Of a stretch of DNA of 64,000 nt, positions 58,150 to 64,000 are shown piece after piece. Position 1 is the stretch's first letter. The number at the start of each line of letters is the position of its first letter. Under the pieces are notes generated by a model. It was not told the origin of the DNA, ran no database searches, and was given only the letters and a program-made list of their open reading frames with translations. The DNA comes from Acidobacteriota bacterium (GTDB lineage Bacteria > Acidobacteriota > UBA6911 > RPQK01 > G965248645): NCBI GenBank assembly GCA_965248645.1, contig OZ252113.1, forward strand, positions 2,885,428 to 2,949,427, in the 5' to 3' direction. Position numbers and translations under genes: made by a program.

Positions 58150-59310
58150 ATGGCGGTGATGAAATTGACCGACTTGACCGTTCGGGCGATCCAGACCGAA
58201 GGAACCTTCGTGGACACTGTAATGCCGGGGCTCCAGTTGCGGGTGAGGGCCAGCGGCGCCAAGAGTTGGGGCGTGCGCTATCGGAAGGCAGGCATACGGC
58301 GGCGACTAACCATCGGGGCCTATCCTAACCTGGGATTGGCAGCGGCCCGCAAGGCGGCGCGGCGCATGCTGACGGAGGTGACAACAGGAGGCGACCCTGC
58401 CGCCGAGAAACGGAAGGAACGACGGGCGGAGACGGTCGGAGAGCTGGCTCAATTGTTCTTGTGTTATCACGCCAGCCAGAGGGCGGAGAAGACGCGGCAC
58501 GAATACGAGCGCATCATTCGCCATGATTTACTTCCTCTTTGGAAGAACAGGAAGGTGAAAGCGATCAAGCGGGCCGATGTCGTGAACCTGTTGGACAAAA
58601 TTCGCCATGATCGTAAATCACCCGTACAGGCGAATCGAACCCGCGCCCTGCTCAGCAAGCTATTCAATTTTTCCCTTGAGAGGGGCCTGGTTGAGTTTTC
58701 TCCCTGCCAGGGTATCTCCAAGCCTTCCAAAGAGACAGCCCGTAACCGAGTGCTGTCTGACGAGGAAGTGAAGGTGTTCTGGCAAGCCTGCGAGCACGAG
58801 GGTCCGGTGGTGACCGCTCTGTTCCGTTTTTTGCTGCTGACGGGCCAACGCTCAGGGGAAACCAGAAAGGCAAAATGGAGCGATATTGTGAATGGTGTGT
58901 GGACTATTCCGGCGGAAAACTCTAAGAACAGGCTGGAACACCACGTGCCACTGGTCTCCCAGGCAACTGTGATTTTGGAACAACTGAGGCCCTGGACCGG
59001 AAGCGAAACTTACGTATTCGCTTCCCCGTCCAATCGTTCTAAGGGACCCATTAAGTGGGTGAGTCATGCTTTGGAGAGGGTGCGACAGCGGTGCGGTTTC
59101 GACTTCACGATTCATGACCTCCGACGAACGGCGGCATCAGGTATGGGAGCCCTGGGAGTGGACCGGGTGACGCTGGGGAAGGCACTGAATCACAAGACGG
59201 CCGATAGTGGAGTGACAGCGATTTACGACAGGTACAAAAGACAGCGCGAAGTGAAGCAAGCCCTGTCAAAATGGGGGGCGCAGGTGGAGCGGATTGTCAC
59301 TGGCCGCTAA
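58150..59310 (+). CDS. int: Tyrosine recombinase, P4-type phage/island integrase (arm-binding DUF4102-like N-terminus)
   Basis: MAVMKLTDLTVRAIQ...GLQLRVRASGAKSWGVRYR..., catalytic region LLLTGQRSGE...HDLRRTAAS...AIYDRY. GGAGG lies upstream of ATG 58150. Confidence 0.9.
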   Translation: MAVMKLTDLTVRAIQTEGTFVDTVMPGLQLRVRASGAKSWGVRYRKAGIRRRLTIGAYPNLGLAAARKAARRMLTEVTTGGDPAAEKRKERRAETVGELAQLFLCYHASQRAEKTRHEYERIIRHDLLPLWKNRKVKAIKRADVVNLLDKIRHDRKSPVQANRTRALLSKLFNFSLERGLVEFSPCQGISKPSKETARNRVLSDEEVKVFWQACEHEGPVVTALFRFLLLTGQRSGETRKAKWSDIVNGVWTIPAENSKNRLEHHVPLVSQATVILEQLRPWTGSETYVFASPSNRSKGPIKWVSHALERVRQRCGFDFTIHDLRRTAASGMGALGVDRVTLGKALNHKTADSGVTAIYDRYKRQREVKQALSKWGAQVERIVTGR

Positions 59311-59421
59311 AGTGTACGCTGTCCATTGAGATTCCGCCGGATTCGCCGCTCCGGTTCACGCAATTGTTATGCGGCACTTGCACGTCCAATTACGGGTGGA
59401 TCTTGAATTCACGAATTCAGC

Positions 59422-59853
59422 CTAGTGTTTCTTCAGGATATCGAGAGTTAACTGATCAGGCTTTCCGTCAAAGTACTTGAGAAGAGCGTCCCGAAAGATG
59501 CCGTTGTCTGTCGCAGAGTGTTCAAACAACGTCATGCAAGATCGGAATTTAAGATTGTCGGGATAATAGAAAATTTGTTGTTCGGCGCTACGCCCCTCCA
59601 CATTCATGACAAGCTGAGTACACTCTCTCAATCGTGATCCCAAGTTCGGGTGTTCCGAGTAAGCTTCAGCTTCTTTTTGAGATGAAATTGCATACATTTG
59701 CGCCATTGCACTTACGCCAAGACCTTTGATCTGCGGAAATATGTACCACATCCAGTGCCCACGTTTCTGCCCAACTCTCAATTCGTTGAGGACTGATTCA
59801 TAGGCTTGGTCTTGAGCTTCAAAAAATCGTCGCAGATCATAAATATCACTCAT
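59422..59853 (-). CDS. DUF1810-family protein
   Basis: 143 aa: LRRFFEAQDQAYESVLNELRVGQKRGHWMWYIFPQIKGLG.S..AQMYAI is characteristic of DUF1810. Confidence 0.85.
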   Translation of the reverse strand: MSDIYDLRRFFEAQDQAYESVLNELRVGQKRGHWMWYIFPQIKGLGVSAMAQMYAISSQKEAEAYSEHPNLGSRLRECTQLVMNVEGRSAEQQIFYYPDNLKFRSCMTLFEHSATDNGIFRDALLKYFDGKPDQLTLDILKKH

Positions 59854-60124
59854 GCAGATGTACCTTTCCCTTTGAAACAGACTTACTCCGCCAAAAAGCG
59901 ACTGGCGAAATGCAGCGCACGTTTAATGCTCACTTCAGAAATCGAAGGGGAACGGCACCAAAAGTCCCTCCTCAGTGCTGTACAGAAGGAATTCTTTCTA
60001 AACGATAAGTCTAGAAGAAGTGAAAGGCAATTTTAAGTGGATTTATGTTAATTCGGAAAGAAAGATGGGGCTGTTCTACCTACTATAATTCCAGACACAT
60101 CTTCTTCCCTGAACCCACCGATTT

Positions 60125-60250
60125 TCACGAGTTGATGAACTCCTTCAGTCCCTTCCCCAATTTGAAGTAAAAAACTTTCTTGGCAGGTACCTGGACAGTT
60201 TCACCTGTTCTTGGATTCCGGGCCTGTCGTGAGTTTCTTTCTCGGTCTGG
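60125..60250 (-). pseudogene. HU/IHF-family DNA-binding protein, C-terminal fragment only
   Basis: Own translation: ...RERNSRQARNPRTGETVQVPAKKVFYFKLGKGLKEFINS*, which is the beta-arm and C-terminus of HU/IHF. The N-terminal half is absent and replaced by the end of the adjacent membrane ORF. Confidence 0.55.
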
Positions 60251-60255
60251 GCCAG

Positions 60256-60582
60256 TCAGTAGTGTGCTGGGAAATAGACGTGCTCAAAGTAGAAGAGAAT
60301 GCTAAGTGCCAGAATCACAGCGGCGGCTGGGATGACCAATCGTCGCACGATTCGCCACGGCTGCGTCCAGTCCGCCGTGGCTAGGAAGAGGAAACCCATC
60401 GGCGCCAGCGCCACGATGGATAGCTGAAAAATGTGTGCGCCGGTTCCCTCGTCCGGTTGTGGCGTCGGCATTTGCCCGGTCAGTACCGCACGCAACGCGG
60501 CGGGAAGCACCGTCAGTAAGGCTGCCAGCGACAGGACAACTAGCCCTATGGTGCTAGCCCGGTTGATTTGCTGAGCACGCAT
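60256..60582 (-). CDS. Hypothetical small membrane protein (3 predicted TM helices)
   Basis: The start at MRAQQINRAS is preceded by GGGAGGGA; hydrophobic segments; no family recognised. Confidence 0.45.
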   Translation of the reverse strand: MRAQQINRASTIGLVVLSLAALLTVLPAALRAVLTGQMPTPQPDEGTGAHIFQLSIVALAPMGFLFLATADWTQPWRIVRRLVIPAAAVILALSILFYFEHVYFPAHY

Positions 60583-60880
60583 GATGTCCCTCCCTTTCCA
60601 CCCATCGACCATTGACTTCCCAAAAGGCTTTGAGGTTGTCCTTCACAGACAGCATCTGGGTCTCAAATCGACCCATGGTGTTGGCGCTGGCGGCATTCTT
60701 ATCGTCGATCTTCTTTCCGGTGATCCTCCGCATAGTCGGATCCACCGATAAACGATGGGCATCATTGACACCTTCATAACCAGCCAGGCGGCTGTATACC
60801 GATTGACGCAACAACGACACCAGGTCGTGCTGGATGTTACGCCCTGTCCGCGAATCGCGAAAAACGGAGGGAACACTGTA
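60554..60880 (-). pseudogene. IS1380-family transposase, N-terminal remnant
   Basis: ...DSRTGRNIQHDLVSLLRQSVYSRLAGYEGVNDAHRLSVDPTMRRITGKK...ASANTMGRFETQ resembles the conserved N-terminus of IS1380 transposases. The DDE region is missing. Confidence 0.5.
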
Positions 60881-60900
60881 GAGGAAGAAATTTAGCCCCG

Positions 60901-62121
60901 TTATTCATTCTTCCCCTTCGGCTTCCACTCTCGTGAGAGCCGGTGTGCCTCAGCAATCTGTTCTGGAGTCATCTTTTCTTCTAGTTCGTCTCTACGCTTG
61001 ACACCCAGTTCACTGACGTCTTCTTCAGTTGAGTTGGCGACAGCTAAATTGATCCACACGTGTGCAAGTACGTAGTCCTTGGGGACTCCTTCGCCGTGGG
61101 CGTACATTACCCCCAGGTTATATTGGGCATCGTCAAAACCTTGATCGGCAGCCTTGCGAAACCACTTAACTGCTTCCTGGTAGTCCTTGGGGACTCCTAG
61201 GCCGTTACGGTACATTTCCCCCAGGTTGAATTGGGCCAAGGCAAGACCTTGTTCGGCAGCCATGCGATACCACTTAACTGCTTCCTGGTAGTCTTTGGGG
61301 ACCCCTTGGCCCTTGCCGCACATGACTCCCAGGGCATATTGGGAGGCAGCATCACCTTGCTCAGCGGCCTTGCGGTACCACTTGGCTGCTTCTTGGTAGT
61401 CCTGGGAAACACCCCCCTTGCGTTCGTGGTAGTACAGTTGCCCTAGGTTATATTGGGAGGCAGCATCGCCTTGCTCAGTAGCCCTGCGAAACCACTTAGC
61501 TGCTTCCTGGTCATCCTTAGGGACTCCTAGGCCGTTGCGGTACATTCCCCCCAGGTTATATTGGGCCGAGGCATTACCTTGCTCCGCAGCCATTCGGTAC
61601 CACTTAGCTGCTTCCTGGTAGTCCTTGGGGACTCCTAGGCCGTAGTAGTACATAAACCCCAGGTTATATTGAGCCGAGGCATTACCTTGCTCCGCAGCCA
61701 TGCGCCACCACTTGACTGCTTCCTGGTAGTCCTTGGGGACTCCTAGGCCCTTGCCGCACATGACTCCCAGGGCATATTGGGCCTTGACAAAACCTTGTTC
61801 GGCAGCCTTGCGATACCACTTGAGGGCTTCCTGGTAGTCCTTGGGGACTCCTTCGCCGTTGCCGTACATGAACCCCAGGTTGAATTGAGCATCGTCATCA
61901 CCTTGCTCCGCAGCCATTCGGTACCACTTAGCTGCTTCCTGGTAGTCCTTAGGGACTCCTAGGCCGCCGTAGTACATAATCCCAAGCTGCCATTGGGCAC
62001 TGGCCTCACCTTGTTGAGCACGACGAAGCAGTTGTTCGAGATACTCATCTTGGGCATAACCGCCTGCCCCAAGAATCACTAGTGTCAGAAAGAAGAAGAG
62101 CAGCTTGCGTAGAGTGGCCAT
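60901..62121 (-). CDS. Secreted Sel1-like repeat (SLR/TPR-like) protein, about 10 repeats
   Basis: Signal peptide MATLRKLLFFFLTLVILGAGGYA, then repeats of type AAKWYRMAAEQG.A.AQYNLG.MY..G.GVPKDYQEA. Confidence 0.88.
   Translation of the reverse strand: MATLRKLLFFFLTLVILGAGGYAQDEYLEQLLRRAQQGEASAQWQLGIMYYGGLGVPKDYQEAAKWYRMAAEQGDDDAQFNLGFMYGNGEGVPKDYQEALKWYRKAAEQGFVKAQYALGVMCGKGLGVPKDYQEAVKWWRMAAEQGNASAQYNLGFMYYYGLGVPKDYQEAAKWYRMAAEQGNASAQYNLGGMYRNGLGVPKDDQEAAKWFRRATEQGDAASQYNLGQLYYHERKGGVSQDYQEAAKWYRKAAEQGDAASQYALGVMCGKGQGVPKDYQEAVKWYRMAAEQGLALAQFNLGEMYRNGLGVPKDYQEAVKWFRKAADQGFDDAQYNLGVMYAHGEGVPKDYVLAHVWINLAVANSTEEDVSELGVKRRDELEEKMTPEQIAEAHRLSREWKPKGKNE
61000..62000. repeat. Tandem 108-bp (36-codon) DNA repeats encoding the Sel1 units
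   Basis: The near-identical string TCCTTGGGGACTCCTAGGCC or TCCTTAGGGACTCCTAGGCC recurs at about 61184, 61514, 61622, 61730 and 61946. The spacings are 108 bp or close to a multiple of it. Confidence 0.75.
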
Positions 62122-62298
62122 GAGCGAACCTCAAGCAACATTGGGTATTTGCAGTTACAAATAATCCTAGCAGCCAGCAGTGTGAAGGACAAACAGGGCA
62201 AAAGAGGGCTTACCGAAAGGCATTTAGCAAGCGGGACAAAATTTGGTAAAGACAAAGTTGAGGACTAGTAGATGTATTAGAACCCCAAATGAATCTAC

Positions 62299-62493
62299 TC
62301 ACAGTTGAGTTGGAGGCACGCTAAATTGATCCACATGTGCAAGTACGTAGTCCTTGGGGACTCCTTGGCCGTCGTAGTACATTAACCCTAGACTCGCTTG
62401 GGCCGGGACAAAACCTTGATCGGCAGCCATACGCCACCACTTAAGAGCTTTCTGGTAGTCCTTGGGGTCGTCTTTTCCGCGACCTCCGATCAT
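62299..62493 (-). pseudogene. Decayed partial duplicate of the 3' end of the Sel1-repeat gene
   Basis: ...DPKDYQKALKWWRMAADQGFVPAQASLGLMYYDGQGVPKDYVLAHV, then out of frame. The DNA reads cacatgtggatcaatttagc against cacacgtgtggatcaatttagc in the intact gene (a 2-nt deletion). Confidence 0.6.
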
Positions 62494-62745
62494 AAGCGAT
62501 AGGCTCTCGGGGATGATTCGGGGAGTTTATACCTCCAAAACCACGCAACAATCGGAGGTCTTCGCCCATCCTCAAGGAAGGAGCAGCTCTCTGATGCGCA
62601 CACCTCGCGACTGTGCACCTTCCATCCCCTGGCACGACTCGTTGCGTACCGGTCTGGCTGTAGCTAAGCTAGGCTCAGTGCCAATAGATCTTTTGACGAG
62701 GGGGACATCAAGTTCTCTTCAACCGCGAAAAGGAGGTAAACCAGC

Positions 62746-64000
62746 ATGTACGCTTTTCACACGGCTTTCGAGCAATCCCGCCATACTGTGCGTCGAGTTG
62801 AGTGCTTACTGACGCTTGTTCTCGTCTTGAAGGTGGCAACTATTCCTCTACTGGGCCAGTTTGGTGGGATGGAACAACAATTTTCCCAGGTAGTGCTGAA
62901 CGGGGGTTCTACTACGTTCGTTTACCATCCACAATCCCAGCGCCACGGAGACGATTACCGTCGATGTCCAACTGTATTTTCCCGATGGCAGCCGTCTGGC
63001 CGATGGGCAAGTGGAGTTGGGACCAGGAGCAACCGAGACCCTCTCTTTCGGAGACGCGGAAGCTACTTTGACCAGAGGATGGGCGGAGCTAAAGTCCGAT
63101 AGCGAGTTTATCGCCACGGAGTTTTTTCAACTCTTCATAGGGCAGCTCAAGCCCCGCGTAGAAGTGCTGCCCAGCGTGGCTAGCGATGAGATACGGTTTT
63201 TGGGATTCGTCAACCCTCAGTTCAAGTCCGGTTTGGCGGTTCACAACCCGAGTTCGACGGAGGCAACGGAAATCACGGTTCGTGTCAAGGACAAGGCAGG
63301 TCAAGAACCGGTCGGCGAAAAGAACCTCATGCTGGCTCCGCTTCAGTCCGAAGCCGGGTTTCTGAACGAAGAGAAGTTTTTTGGAGCGGCGCTGAGTAAC
63401 TATGAGGGGGTGGTGGAAATCAGTGTCTCCTCGCCTCCCGTAGCGGTGCTCTCCTTGATCCAGGAGGCCAGTGGAGATGTTGCGACTGTCGCCGTCGAGA
63501 CTCAGAGCTACGTCGTCACCGGCCCCACCAACACGTCCCTGGGGCGAGGTGCGCTCAGCTCCAACACCACCGGCGACGGGAACACGGCGAGTGGGGTCAA
63601 CGCGCTCTTCTCCAACACCACCGGTTCCTTTAACCTTGCCATCGGAGATTATGCCGGTGATAATCTGGTCACCGGCGACAACAACATCTATGTTGGAAAC
63701 TCCGGTGAATCTGTAGAATCAAACATTATTCGGATTGGCGACACAGACCATACGAATGCATTCATCGCTGGTGTCCAGCTTGTTTTGCCTTCCTCCCGGC
63801 AATTCAAACAAGACATCCACGACATGAACAGGGCCAGTAGCGACCTGATGCGGCTGCGGCCTGTGACCTTCCGTTACAAGAAAGAGCACGACTTCGGAGA
63901 GGGCCGTCTGCAATATGGCCTCATTGGAGAGGAAGTGGCTGAGGTGTACCCAGAGTTGGTCGTCTACGACGACACGGGAAAAGTCAAGACCGTTGAGTAT
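62746..64000 (+). CDS. Large surface or tail-fibre-like protein with C-terminal intramolecular-chaperone (peptidase S74) domain; one apparent frameshift near 62921; 3' end beyond the window
   Basis: ATG 62746 lies behind AAGGAGGT. The N-terminal 58 aa are in frame 1 (…QVVLNGGSTTF). The main ORF (frame 2, open from 62900 to the window edge, so absent from the track) contains two domains of the HNPS.TE..ITV type, then NTSLGRGALSSNTTGDGNTASGVNALFSNTTG repeats. It ends with SSRQFKQDIHDM...LRPVTFRYKKE...QYGLIGEEVAEVYPELVVYD. Confidence 0.7.

Noticed and set aside
1-64000. Explaining all frameshifts as sequencing or assembly errors
   Set aside because: Lesions are concentrated (3-5 per gene) in a few non-essential genes and include nonsense substitutions, while more than 30 kb of housekeeping genes is clean. 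Single homopolymer-associated shifts (GT2 A9, NusG A4, fibre TTT) could still be errors and are flagged as such.
1-64000. CRISPR array, rRNA genes, intact tRNA genes
   Set aside because: No regularly spaced direct repeats with unique spacers were seen, nor any rRNA-like or complete cloverleaf sequence. The only tandem repeats are the coding Sel1 units.

Overview
Bacterial chromosomal window of moderate GC. The lineage cannot be named without a search; mqnA shows it makes menaquinone by the futalosine route.

Gene content, left to right:
- 1-4.4 kb: an MlrC-like peptidase (edge-truncated), a PhyH dioxygenase behind a perfect 13-bp palindrome, and a TIM-barrel glycosidase-like protein.
- 4.5-8.4 kb: cytochrome c, topA and a decayed dprA.
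- 8.6-16.6 kb: a plus-strand block of mqnA, a cytosolic DUF1343/NamZ-like protein, a CYTH protein, a MurU-like nucleotidyltransferase, an AmgK-like kinase, asnS, folD and a YVTN beta-propeller.
- 16.7-29.3 kb: an envelope glycoconjugate locus. It holds two SDR sugar enzymes, two UPF0104 flippase-like proteins, a GT-C-like membrane protein, a Wzy_C-like gene, a GT2, a GGR-family flavoprotein, Sat-CysC and a NusG paralog. It is hit by an IS3/IS407-type element without target duplication and by two frameshifts.
- 29.3-34.1 kb: secA, guaB and a hypothetical protein.
- 34.1-49.8 kb: a minus-strand array of tig-clpP-clpX-lon-engB-rho-trpEGDCFBA, then an intrinsic terminator, then chorismate mutase and a dead DAHP synthase.
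- 50.4-53.8 kb: a decay zone with EctD/PhyH-like, Gfo/Idh/MocA and lemA pseudogenes around an intact hsp20.
- 54.2-57.3 kb: a zinc-ribbon membrane protein coupled to an M50 site-2 protease, and an isolated NYN/OST-HTH gene.
- 57.9 kb to the right edge: a tRNA-Lys-like 3' fragment next to a P4-type integrase opens a degraded island. Its cargo is DUF1810, an HU fragment, an IS1380 fragment, a Sel1 protein plus a decayed copy, and an S74 tail-fibre-like protein open at the edge.

No rRNA, intact tRNA or CRISPR array was seen. The ORF track omits ORFs that are open at the window edges (1-826 minus strand and about 62900-64000 plus strand); both were read directly from the sequence.

The strongest candidate for an undescribed system is the Arn/Gtr-like glycoconjugate locus. 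The most robust general observation is the clustering of gene-inactivating lesions. All family calls come from recalled motifs, not from searches.
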